DNA from: Gemmatimonadales bacterium | Lineage (GTDB): Bacteria > Gemmatimonadota > Gemmatimonadetes > Gemmatimonadales > GWC2-71-9 | Length of the DNA stretch: 64,000 nt | Assembly (NCBI GenBank): GCA_050733215.1 | Contig: JBOHSN010000007.1 | Span: forward strand, 3,034-67,033 | Direction: 5' to 3' | Shown here: piece by piece, positions 55,376 to 64,000 of the stretch | Layout of the letters: the number at the start of each line of letters is the position of its first letter | Position numbering within the stretch: position 1 is the first letter of the stretch | Translations under genes and position numbers: made by a program | Notes under the pieces: model-generated | Seen by the model: the letters and a program-made list of their open reading frames with translations, nothing else | Database searches by the model: none | Told to the model about the DNA's origin: nothing

Positions 55376-56030
55376 TAATGAACGCAGAGGCAATTCAATT
55401 CAAAGGACGCCATGGCTATCGGCACGGCTGGATACACGGCGATGCTGTCCGTGCTGGCGCTCGAACATGGCGGCCTCACACCGCAACGTGGTGACATCCT
55501 CGTGCCCGGCGCCAATGGCGGCGTCGGCTCCATCGCGATCGAGATCCTGTCGGATCTCGGCTATCGCGTGGTCGCGTCGACCGAACGTCTCGAGGAAAGC
55601 GACTATCTGCGCAGCCTCGGCGCGGCGGAGATCATGGAGCGCCGGACGCTTTCGGATCCGGGAGCGCCGATCGCGAGTGAAAGATGGGCCGGCGCGGTGG
55701 ACTCCGTCGGCAGTCGCACGCTGGCGAATGTATTGGCGCAGACGAAATATCGCGGCGTGGTCACAGCCTGCGGCCTGGCTCAGGGCGCGGATCTTCCTGC
55801 ATCGGTCCTGCCGTTCATTCTGCGCAACGTGACTCTTGCCGGCATCGATTCCGTCAATGCCCCGCAGGAGGCCCGCATCCAGGCATGGTCGCGACTGGCG
55901 CGTGATCTGGACTTGAGCAAGCTCGCCCGCACGACGCAAGTGGTCGGCCTCGCAGAGGTGGCCCGCCGTAGTAGGCCGGATGTTCGAAGGGAAAGTCCAG
56001 GGCCGCACAGTCGTCGACGTCAATGCGTGA
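55376..56030 (+). pseudogene. 5'-truncated, frameshifted YhdH/AcuI-type quinone (acrylyl-CoA) reductase
   Basis: Begins mid-domain at KDAMAIGTAGYTAML. The last ~17 codons (MFEGKVQGRTVVDVNA*) lie in a different frame. About 120 N-terminal codons are absent. Confidence 0.75.
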
Positions 56031-56150
56031 CTGTGTTGGGAAGGAGGGTGCGCCGGCTCTGGTGCGCCTATTGCTCCTGTGCCCACGAGCTTTCGCGGCG
56101 GAAGGCAACACTTGATTTGAGACAGGAGAGTTACATGAACACTACGACCG

Positions 56151-56723
56151 TTGCCCACCTGGGTCGATCTGGTGTTGCGGCTGAGCAAATCACCTGTCAT
56201 CAGCATTGCGTGCATCCAAGGTCGTACGCGAGGTGGAGGGAACGAGTTCACGCTCGCATGCGACCTGCGCTATGCGAGTAGCGAGAAGGCGCAGTTCGGA
56301 CAACCGGAGGTGGGCACAGGCATCCTGCCGGGTGGGGGCGGTAGCGAGAGGCTGCCACGGCTGATCGGCCGGGATCGGGCGCTGGAAGCCATTCTGAGCA
56401 GTCAGGATTACAGCGCCGATGTTGCCGAACGCTTTGGGTGGGTGACCCGTGTGCTGCCGCACCGTGAACTCGACTCCTTTGTGGAGACCCTGGCAGCCCG
56501 GCTGTGCGGTTTCGACAAGCAGGCGCTGGCCGGTGCGAAGGCCCAGGTCAACCGCGCGACGCTGCCAACTGACGCGGACTTTGTTGCCTCCTACGCCGAG
56601 TACAGCAGGTCGCTGGCGTGGCCAGGCTTCCAGGCGCGGCGTCCCAGGATCGGAAAGCTGGCCGCCGAACACGGACCGGACTTTGAGCTTCGACTCGGTC
56701 ACTATCTGAGCCTCGCAAACTAA
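56151..56723 (+). pseudogene. 5'-truncated crotonase-family gene remnant
   Basis: Starts inside the fold at ...PVISIACIQGRTRGGGNEFTLACDLRYAS. The N-terminal ~70 aa, including the first oxyanion-hole segment, are missing. Confidence 0.6.
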
Positions 56724-56779
56724 AGCGCGCTGCCCATCCCCTTGATGGCGGCCACTAGCTCTGTGGTAGTGAGGAGCTC

Positions 56780-57013
56780 GTGCGCTTAGAGGTGGGCCCA
56801 TCAATGTCCAGAGCGGCGCGCAGCGCCTCGTGCGAACGCGCAGCAGTGGCATCGCGATTGCGCGAAATCGCTTCTCTCATCGATTCTGGGATCATACGCC
56901 CAGTTGTGGATCGGGTCTTTCCATTCGAAGCGACCAAAGAGGCTTTGGTGTACGTCGAAACAGGACGTGCAAAAGGCAAGGTCATCGTCAAGGTGGGACG
57001 ACTGCAGCATTAG
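56780..57013 (+). pseudogene. C-terminal remnant of a zinc-type/quinone oxidoreductase (MDR family)
   Basis: Only the last ~45 aa are recognisable (LIDSGIIRPVVDRVFPFEATKEALVYVETGRAKGKVIVKV). Confidence 0.6.
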
Positions 57014-57338
57014 GTATTCGAGACGGCGCAAGAGCGAGCGCCGGCCAAGCTGCGCGCCGAGGGACTGAAGTGGGTTCTGGGCAGTATGCCGATCGCAGTG
57101 AAGCGGGAAGACGATGCCTCGACAGCTTCCTTGGACAGTAGCCACGGCCCTTGAACGCATGAACCTGAACCGCCGTCAGCTCATTACCAGCACGCCGATG
57201 AGGCCGCGATGCTGAAAGTGATGGAGTCGCCGGTCCGGCTGGTGAGCCATCGCGCGAACGGCGCACTGGAGAAACGGTAGCAGTGGGCGCAGAAATGAGC
57301 AGGCCCGACACCACCGAAGTAGCGTTGGGCCTTCGAGT

Positions 57339-57445
57339 TGCCCCTCCTGGGCTCGACCAGGACTCTCCTGATCCAGAGGGGCGGCTGCAATCACGTGAAC
57401 TCCACCAACTTGCAGCCATTCACGCGAGTTGGCGGAGACGCCGGC
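57339..57445 (-). repeat. tRNA-Gln-like repeat E: core 57339-57378 + arm
   Basis: Core with a 1-nt deletion in the T loop. The arm shares CAACTTGCA..CA.TCACGCGAG with units A and B. Lies ~110 nt downstream of the stop of the SDR gene at 57489. Confidence 0.8.
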
Positions 57446-57488
57446 GTCTTTCTACTCCACAGTCGCAGCCGTAGCGCCGGCTCGCACG

Positions 57489-58382
57489 CTAGTGTTCTTG
57501 GTCTGTCGCGGTCGTGAGGGAGGTCACTGGTCGGACGGTCTGCCCGGGGGGCTGTACGCGGAGCCGTTGCAGCGGTGCCCGCGTGAGCTCATCGCTCAGC
57601 GTCCGCAACCGCCGTCTCGCGGCTGGATCGTCCGCCTGCTGGAGAGGTCGAGCGGGGCGGTCACCGTCGTAGTAGCGGCCGGTAATCCCGCTGACCAGAC
57701 TCTCCCTCAACAGCCCTACCACCGCGGCGGCGCCGGCGCTCGCCGACCCCCGAGGGCTCACCTCCGACTCACGCACCATCTTGGTGTCGAGAAAGGTTCC
57801 CGGGTGGAGAGCGTTGCACGCGATCTCGGGAAATTCTTCCGCGAGATCGAAGGTGAGCATGATGAGCGCCAGCTTGCTCTGGCGGTACGCCCGCCACCCA
57901 TCGTACGCCCCCGTCAGCATCGGATCCCTGAAGTCGATCGCCGCCTGTCCCGCGGAGGCGACATTGATGATCGCGCGGCTGGGGCGTCCATACCCGAGGA
58001 GCTGGCGTGTCAGCAGAAACGGCGCGAGATAATTGACCGCGAACCGCAGCTCGTATCCGTCCCAGCTCAGTTCGCGTCTGCCGGTGGGCGGGCCCGCTCC
58101 AATGCCGGCATTGTTGATCAGCACGTCCAGCCTGGGAGCTCGTTCCGCCACCTCGCGCGCCAGGCCTGCCGTCTGCTCCAGCGACGCCAGATCGGCCACG
58201 AATCCCTCCACCTCCCCGCCGCCGTCGCGCAGCTCGCGGACCACCTGGCCGACCTTCGCCGGGTTGCGCCCGTGGACCAGCACGCCGGCCCCTTCCCCGG
58301 TCAAGAGGCGGGCGGTGGCCAGCCCGATGCCGTCGGTCGCTCCGGTCACCAGGACCACGAGGTTTCGCAGCACGGACGTCAT
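57489..58382 (-). CDS. Short-chain dehydrogenase/reductase
   Basis: 297 aa. VTGATDGIG, NNAG, YRQSKLA. Confidence 0.85.
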   Translation of the reverse strand: MTSVLRNLVVLVTGATDGIGLATARLLTGEGAGVLVHGRNPAKVGQVVRELRDGGGEVEGFVADLASLEQTAGLAREVAERAPRLDVLINNAGIGAGPPTGRRELSWDGYELRFAVNYLAPFLLTRQLLGYGRPSRAIINVASAGQAAIDFRDPMLTGAYDGWRAYRQSKLALIMLTFDLAEEFPEIACNALHPGTFLDTKMVRESEVSPRGSASAGAAAVVGLLRESLVSGITGRYYDGDRPARPLQQADDPAARRRLRTLSDELTRAPLQRLRVQPPGQTVRPVTSLTTATDQEH

Positions 58383-58389
58383 CGGAATC

Positions 58390-59514
58390 TCAGGCCTCGG
58401 CTTCCTGCTCGAGCGACGCCATATCGATGACGAACCGGTACTTCACGTCGCTTCTCAGCATTCGCTCGTAGGCCTGGTTGATCTGCTGCATCGGGATCAC
58501 CTCCACCTCCGAAACGATGCCGTGCTCGGCGCAGAAATCGAGCATCTCCTGGGTCTCTTGGATCCCGCCGATGATCGAGCCGGCCAACCGGCGGCGCTTG
58601 AACAGGAGACTGGTGAAGTTGGTGGCCGGATGGGGGCGGTCTGGCGCGCCGACCAGGCAAAGGGTGCCGTCGCGCTTGAGCAGTCCCAGATACGCGTCGA
58701 GATCGTGCGGGACGGCCAGCGTATCCAGGATGAAGTCGAGTCCGTTGGCGTGCTTCCGTATTTCATCGGGGTTCTTGGACACGACCACTTCGTCGGCTCC
58801 GAGGCGCTTGGCGTCCGCCGTCTTGCCCGGCGAGGTCGTGAACAGCACCACGTGGGCGCCGAAGGCGTGAGCGAACTGCAAGCCCATGTGGCCCAGGCCG
58901 CCCAGTCCGACGATGCCGACCCTGGAGCCTGCGCCGACGTTCCAGTGGCGGAGCGGCGAGTAGGTCGTAATCCCGGCGCAGAGGAGCGGCGCGGCTCCGG
59001 CCGGGTGGAGCTCTTCCGGCAGCCGGAGCACGAAGCGCTCGTCCACCACGATTCGGTTGGAATACCCGCCGTAGGTCACCGTTCCGGTATGCTTGTCCGG
59101 GCTGTTGTAGGTGAAAGTGATCTCGTTCTGGCAGTACTGTTCCAGCCCGGCGCGACACTCGGCGCACACGCCGCACGCGTCCACCATGCAACCGACGGCG
59201 GCCAGCTCTCCCTCGCGGAATCCCTTCACCTGTTCGCCGACCTGCACCACCCGCCCGACAATCTCGTGGCCGGACACCACTGGATAGATGGTGCGGTTCC
59301 AGTCGCTCCACTCGCTACGGACCGTGTGCAAGTCCGAGTGACAAACCCCGCAGTAGAGGATCTCGATCGCCACGTCTCGCGGGCCTGGCGACCGCCGGTC
59401 GCCGGGCCTCCGGCGTGAAGAGGTCGCGGCGCTGGCCGGCGTCAGCACCGAGTGGTACACCTGGCTGGAGCAGGCCCGCGATGTCCACCCGTCTCCCGAG
59501 ACGCTGCGGCGCAT
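58390..59514 (-). CDS. Zn-dependent NAD(P) alcohol dehydrogenase (YahK/cinnamyl-ADH type) with a non-homologous N-terminus
   Basis: From PGPRDVAIEILYCGVCHSDLH onward it is collinear with YahK-type ADHs. The first ~46 codons of the ORF are antisense to regulator coding sequence and replace the usual ~20-aa N-terminus. May be a pseudogene. Confidence 0.6.
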   Translation of the reverse strand: MRRSVSGDGWTSRACSSQVYHSVLTPASAATSSRRRPGDRRSPGPRDVAIEILYCGVCHSDLHTVRSEWSDWNRTIYPVVSGHEIVGRVVQVGEQVKGFREGELAAVGCMVDACGVCAECRAGLEQYCQNEITFTYNSPDKHTGTVTYGGYSNRIVVDERFVLRLPEELHPAGAAPLLCAGITTYSPLRHWNVGAGSRVGIVGLGGLGHMGLQFAHAFGAHVVLFTTSPGKTADAKRLGADEVVVSKNPDEIRKHANGLDFILDTLAVPHDLDAYLGLLKRDGTLCLVGAPDRPHPATNFTSLLFKRRRLAGSIIGGIQETQEMLDFCAEHGIVSEVEVIPMQQINQAYERMLRSDVKYRFVIDMASLEQEAEA

Positions 59515-60172
59515 CGCGGGCGCGCTGCGGCTCGAGCCGGGAGAGTCCCAGCATCTGCTGACCCTGGCGGGCTACGGGGTCACGGAGTACGGGAACGGCG
59601 CGTCCCGTCCGGGCGCGGTCAGTGACCGACTCCAACGCCTGCTGGATCACCTGGGGATTTGCCCGGCCTGGGTCTACGGCGAGCGCTGGGACATCGTGGC
59701 CTGGAACGAGGCCGCAACCGTGATCCACGGCGACCTCGCCGCGATGCAGGGGATCGAGCGGAATGCACTGTACCAGCTCTATCTGGACCCGCGGAAGCAG
59801 CGGATGCTGGTAGACTGGGAGCTCCATGCGCGGGACTGCGTGGCGAAGCTCCGGGCGGCATACGCCCGCAATGTGGACGACCCCTGGTTCAACGAGCTCG
59901 TCGACCTGCTGCGTGCCCGGAGCGGCGAATTCGCCGAATGGTGGAGCCAGCACGACGTGCAGCTCGTCCAGGACGGTGTGAAGTGCTATGACCATCCGGA
60001 GGTGGGCCGCCTGTCCTTCGACTACACGGTCCTGGACCTGGCCGACGAGCGGTCGGCCTCGCTCCATCTTGTCACCTACCTGCCGGCGCCGGGGACGGAC
60101 ACGCGGGAGAAGATGGAAAGGTTGCTGGCCGCCGCAGGTATCGAGGCCTCGGGTCTGACGGCGACCGTCTGA
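59357..60172 (+). pseudogene. 5'-truncated MmyB-like XRE-family regulator
   Basis: In-frame ...PGLRREEVAALAGVSTEWYTWLEQARDVHPSPETL... (second half of the HTH) plus the ligand-binding domain. No ATG, GTG or TTG lies between the upstream stop (59354) and 59696. Confidence 0.7.
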
Positions 60173-60188
60173 CGTCCCGGACACCAGC

Positions 60189-60330
60189 ATGCCCGTCGGC
60201 ATTCTGGGGTTCGGGGGCGATGGGTGGCAAACTCGGGACACTCTTCGCCCGCGGTCATGAGGTGGTATTCAGCTATTCGCGCAACGGGGAGAGCTGAAGA
60301 AGCTCGCGCAAAACGCTCATGGGAACGCGC
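60189..60330 (+). pseudogene. Frameshifted N-terminal fragment of an NADP-oxidoreductase gene
   Basis: Reads M.VGILG..G.MGGKLGTLFAR.GHEVVFSYSRNGE.LKKLA across two frames. This is an inverted paralogous copy of the N-terminus of the gene at 60473-61126. Confidence 0.65.
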
Positions 60331-60472
60331 GGGCGGGCACACCGAATGAGGCACGCGCAGGAAGCGGATGCTGGAGTTTGCTTGCGCGGATGCTGGAACC
60401 TGTCGTGTTTTGCTCAACCAGATGTCGAAGTGCGCCAATCCCCCTGAATCCGGGTAGAGACGCCGGAGCGAG

Positions 60473-61126
60473 CTATGCCCCGAACCGCTCGAAGCGGTAC
60501 GCCAGCTCGGGGCCGCCTGCCCCCTCGTACGCGAGCTGCGCGACGAGCAGGGCGAACGGCTCGGCGTACCGCGCGATCCGCAGGGGACCGGCGTCCACCG
60601 GATCGAAGCCAACGTCGCGGATCAGCGCCGCGGCCACCTCCTTTGCCTCCGCGTCGTCGCCGCAGTACACCAGGGTCGGCCGGGGGGCGCGGCCCCGGGC
60701 CTCGAACACGCCGAACAGCACCTCGCTGGGCACGGTGCCGAAAGCGGAGACGACCCTGGCGCGCGGCACCTTCCGCGCGAGCTTCTCCGCCCCCGAGGAG
60801 GTCCGGCCAACGACGAACTCAGTGTCGTCCTCGTTCATCGGCAGCGAGCAGCTCACGAGCACTTTGCCCGACACGTCGCCGGCCTGCCGCAGCACGTCGT
60901 CCATCTTGGACCAGTGCACGGCGAGCAGGAGCGCGTCCGCGTCCCGCACGGCCTCGCCCGGGGTGCCGGCCCGAGCCTTGCCTCCGGCGTCCCGCGCCAG
61001 CTCCTCCAGCTTCTTCCGGCGGCGTGAGTAGCTGAAGACCACCTCGTGCCCGGCGCGCGCGAAAAGCGTCCCGAGCTTGCCGCCCATCAGCCCCGAGCCC
61101 AGATTGCCAATTCGCATGCTCCTCAT
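60473..61126 (-). CDS. NADP oxidoreductase, F420-dependent-reductase (NpdG)-like Rossmann protein
   Basis: 217 aa. IGNLGSGLMGGKLGTLFARAGHEVVFSYSR dinucleotide-binding N-terminus. Confidence 0.75.
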   Translation of the reverse strand: MRSMRIGNLGSGLMGGKLGTLFARAGHEVVFSYSRRRKKLEELARDAGGKARAGTPGEAVRDADALLLAVHWSKMDDVLRQAGDVSGKVLVSCSLPMNEDDTEFVVGRTSSGAEKLARKVPRARVVSAFGTVPSEVLFGVFEARGRAPRPTLVYCGDDAEAKEVAAALIRDVGFDPVDAGPLRIARYAEPFALLVAQLAYEGAGGPELAYRFERFGA

Positions 61127-61259
61127 CCCTCCTCGACATGACCACCGCAGCTTAAGCGCGATTGGCTAACCAGGTAGGCCAGAATCTCACCCCGGCCCAG
61201 CGGATGCGCGGGCTGGCTGTTAGCGCGCCTCGAGCTGGGCTCGGCCATCCGGGCCTGTT

Positions 61260-62735
61260 CTATGGATTAGTCCGATTTGGTTTGCGGCGAGGGCGCATGC
61301 TGGCGGCATACAGGTCGCGAAGGGTCCAGAGGACGACGGGGTGACCTGAGCTGAGCGCGTTGGCCTCGAACCCCGACACAAACCCACCAGCTGCCACATA
61401 GAGCAGTGGAGCCTCGGGCCGCAGGGCTGCGTGTGCCCATTTCACGCCGGCAGCCGCTAATCGTTCGAGCGTCGTGAGGTGGTCACGGTGGACATCCAGC
61501 GGAATGGGACGCCGATTCCACTTAATGGCTCCGGTGAGCACGCCGCCGTCACTCAGCACGCTCGCGATGTCGATCTCCAGCGAACGACCCTCACGATCGG
61601 CGCCCTCCCAGCGACTCCACTCGCTGACCATTGGAAGACGATACCGGTCGCGCAGACGAGAGTACGCCTGCTCTACCATGCGCTCGAAGACGTGGCCCAT
61701 GTAGGTATCCAGACGCGGTAGCACCTGCTCGGTCCACACGGCCTTCGGGCTGTAACGAGCCAGTTCGGCCTCGAATGGGGCGACGAAGGTTGTGTGGAAC
61801 ATCTGGGCAGGGTCAGCCAGCCGATAGCGGTAGGGCTCTTTGGGCTTGGCGCCCAAATTCCGATGCGCCTCCACGTACCCAAGAGCGATGAGTCGATCAA
61901 CCTTTTGCCGTAAGGCGGTGTCGGTCGCCATCCCAGCCCGCTGGCCGATCTCGTTGAGCTCGGTCCGGCCATCCGCAATCGCCCTGAGCACGGCGTGGTA
62001 GCTCGCCACATCGCGCAATCCTTGCTCCTGTAGGAGCGCGGTCTCGACTTGGGCGCGGACCTCGCCACGCGGGTGCAGGAAGGTGTCGGCCACATTCTGG
62101 GCGAGCGACCGGCCGGGGCGCACGGCCGCGAGGTACCGCGGAATGCCGCCGAATACCCCGTAGGCAGCGGCGCGATCGCGGAGCGAGCGGAAGCTGGCCA
62201 TCTCGCCGGCGTGGAAGTAATCGAAGGGGCGGAGTTCGGTCCGCCAGTGGAACCGGCCATAGAGGGGAGCGGCACCCGCGTCCAATGCCTCCATTGTGCG
62301 GGTGGCCGAACCGGAGAGGGCCAGCACCAGAGGCCGGGCCGGGCGACGCTGCTCCCAGACGGCGTTGAGCTCCGAGGCGACACCAGCCAAGTCCTGCTCC
62401 GACTCGCCGAGGTACTGGAACTCGTCCAGGACGACGGCGAGCGGGGCCGGCGCTTGCAGTTCGAGCAACAGCCGGAACGCCGTCCGCCAGGTAGGATAGT
62501 CCTCCGGGTTCAGCGCCTGGTCGCTCCACCGGGCCACCTCCGCCACGAGGGCCAGTCGGTTCTGGGCCGGCGTGGTATTCGCCGCTGTGAAGTAGAACGT
62601 ATTGGCAGTCGGCCAGACGTTGGTCAGGAGGTAGGTCTTCCCTACGCGCCGCCGGCCGTAGAGCAGCACAAGGCGTGGCTCTCCGGCTTCAAGAAATGCC
62701 CCGAGTTCTGCCCGTTCCCGATCCCGATCGATCAT
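61260..62735 (-). CDS. AAA-type ATPase with C-terminal DUF234-like domain (archaeal-ATPase family)
   Basis: Start taken at MIDRDRERAEL (track ORF starts at 62768). Walker A GRRRVGKT and Walker B VVLDEFQ. The central region looks winged-helix-like. Confidence 0.75.
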   Translation of the reverse strand: MIDRDRERAELGAFLEAGEPRLVLLYGRRRVGKTYLLTNVWPTANTFYFTAANTTPAQNRLALVAEVARWSDQALNPEDYPTWRTAFRLLLELQAPAPLAVVLDEFQYLGESEQDLAGVASELNAVWEQRRPARPLVLALSGSATRTMEALDAGAAPLYGRFHWRTELRPFDYFHAGEMASFRSLRDRAAAYGVFGGIPRYLAAVRPGRSLAQNVADTFLHPRGEVRAQVETALLQEQGLRDVASYHAVLRAIADGRTELNEIGQRAGMATDTALRQKVDRLIALGYVEAHRNLGAKPKEPYRYRLADPAQMFHTTFVAPFEAELARYSPKAVWTEQVLPRLDTYMGHVFERMVEQAYSRLRDRYRLPMVSEWSRWEGADREGRSLEIDIASVLSDGGVLTGAIKWNRRPIPLDVHRDHLTTLERLAAAGVKWAHAALRPEAPLLYVAAGGFVSGFEANALSSGHPVVLWTLRDLYAASMRPRRKPNRTNP

Positions 62736-62765
62736 GAGGCCTGCCATTACAAGTATGGTTGAATA

Positions 62766-62793
62766 CAAGTATAATTGTATACAATCGTACTTG
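62766..62793. promoter_or_regulatory. AT-rich near-palindrome upstream of the ATPase gene
   Basis: CAAGTATAATTGTA|TACAATCGTACTTG (12/14 arm match) plus direct repeat TACAAGTAT at 62748 and 62764. Strikingly AT-rich for this window. Confidence 0.5.
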
Positions 62794-63129
62794 CAATGCC
62801 AGGCCGTCTACCTGGCGCGGGCCCGCCGAATCGGAGTAGGCTGCCGCGAGCGCTAGCGGACAGCCGTCTCGCCCACGCGTTTAGACGCGCGTGGGCGACG
62901 GAGCGGAAGGATCTCCCCTTGAAGGAGTCGCCGCGGCCGGTGGGTGGCGCGACACCACCACGCTGCTCCGTTATCCGCAACCCGATCCCCACACGATGCG
63001 GGCGGTCGTTGATTTCGAGACTCCCGTGCCGAAGTCCCATCGGGTTGTGAGTAACTCACTCAGTTACTGACTCACCCCTCGCAAATAGGCGAAGGCCGTC
63101 AGCCGGATAATCGGCTGCCGCCCTTGAAA

Positions 63130-63156
63130 TGCCCCTCCTGGGCTCGATCCGGAGGC
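63130..63156 (-). repeat. tRNA-like repeat F (T-loop-to-3'-end type)
   Basis: TGCCCCTCCTGGGCTCGA matches the core. It continues as TCCGGAGG like the fragment at 47263-47290, then diverges. Confidence 0.65.
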
Positions 63157-63269
63157 GCCCGCGGACCATGCAACGTCCCGTCCCCACGCAGGACGGCTCG
63201 GGCAGTTAGTGTTCCTGAGCGTCAACAACCCGTAGGCAGACGAGGCCTGCCCCGGCAGCTGACACGCGC

Positions 63270-64000
63270 AGCCAGCGTCATGCGGATCGCCACCTGGAAC
63301 GTGAACTCGCTCAAGGCGCGCCTGGAGAAGGTCTCCTGGTGGCTCGAACGGGTGCGGCCGGACGTGCTGCTGATGCAGGAGACCAAGCTGGCGGATGCGG
63401 AGGCACCAGTGGCGGCATTCCGCGACGCCGGGTATGAGCTGGTCCACCATGGCGAGGGCCAATGGAACGGAGTAGCGATCGCCGCCCGCGACGGTATCGA
63501 CGACGTGGTGACCAACTTCGGCGAACCCCTGCACCAGGCGCGGACCCCGAGCGTCGGTGATGATGAGCCGCTGGCCGAGGCGCGGATGATCGCCGCCACC
63601 TGCGGTGGTATGCGCGTCGTATCCGTGTACGCACCGAACGGAAGGTCGGTCGGCTCACCCTTCTACCAGGCCAAGCTGGCTTGGTACGCTCGTCTCGCCC
63701 ACTGGCTCGTCAGCAAGGCCGATCCCGCGGAGCCCCTGGTGCTCGGGGGGGACTTCAATGTCGCCCCGGATGACAAGGACGTCTGGGATCCGGAGGCCTG
63801 CCGCGGCGGGACCCACGTTTCCCAGCCGGAGCGGGATGCCTTCTTCCGGCTTTGCCGCTGGGGTCTGGTGGACGCCTATCGCCTGCATCGTGCCGACCCG
63901 GGTCGCTACACCTGGTGGGATTACCGCGCTGGAGCCTTCCACAAGAACTTCGGCATGCGGATCGATCACTTCCTGGTCACCCGCCCGCTGGCGGAGCGCA
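63270..64000 (+). CDS. xthA: Exodeoxyribonuclease III, 3'-partial
   Basis: MRIATWNVNSLKARL..., LLMQETK, GGDFNVAP, WWDYR...RIDH. The ORF runs off the window end. Confidence 0.9.

Overview
High-GC (about two-thirds G+C by eye) bacterial chromosomal segment; the lineage cannot be assigned from sequence alone. Most coding capacity goes to aromatic amino-acid catabolism, in four units:
(i) a kynurenine module (kynA, kynU);
(ii) a 2-aminobenzoyl-CoA-type module: aryl-CoA ligase, two-domain FAD monooxygenase/OYE reductase, a second OYE, acyl-CoA dehydrogenase, crotonase, SDR-RidA fusion and creatininase-family protein;
(iii) a phenylacetyl-CoA (paa) cluster (paaA-D, G, H, I, J, Y, Z) with an embedded fused E1alpha/beta + E2 2-oxoacid dehydrogenase and an adjacent aminotransferase, but no paaK or paaE;
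(iv) a TetR / SDR / three-subunit molybdo-flavoenzyme unit.
Four toxin-antitoxin modules sit among these (VapBC, Xre-RES, HigBA, small ORF + XRE). There is also a ~5 kb islet bounded by a duplicated gene segment; it carries a large protein with a HEPN-like Rx4H motif. At least ten gene remnants or pseudogenes are present.
The most unusual signal is a set of at least seven same-orientation copies of the 3' half of a tRNA-Gln(CUG)-like sequence. Identity starts exactly in the anticodon loop or the T loop, and some copies carry a conserved ~70-110 nt arm. These copies partition the window into gene modules.
I recognised no intact tRNA, rRNA, CRISPR array, integrase or transposase. Many very long ORFs in the track are antisense, high-GC artefacts and are not annotated.
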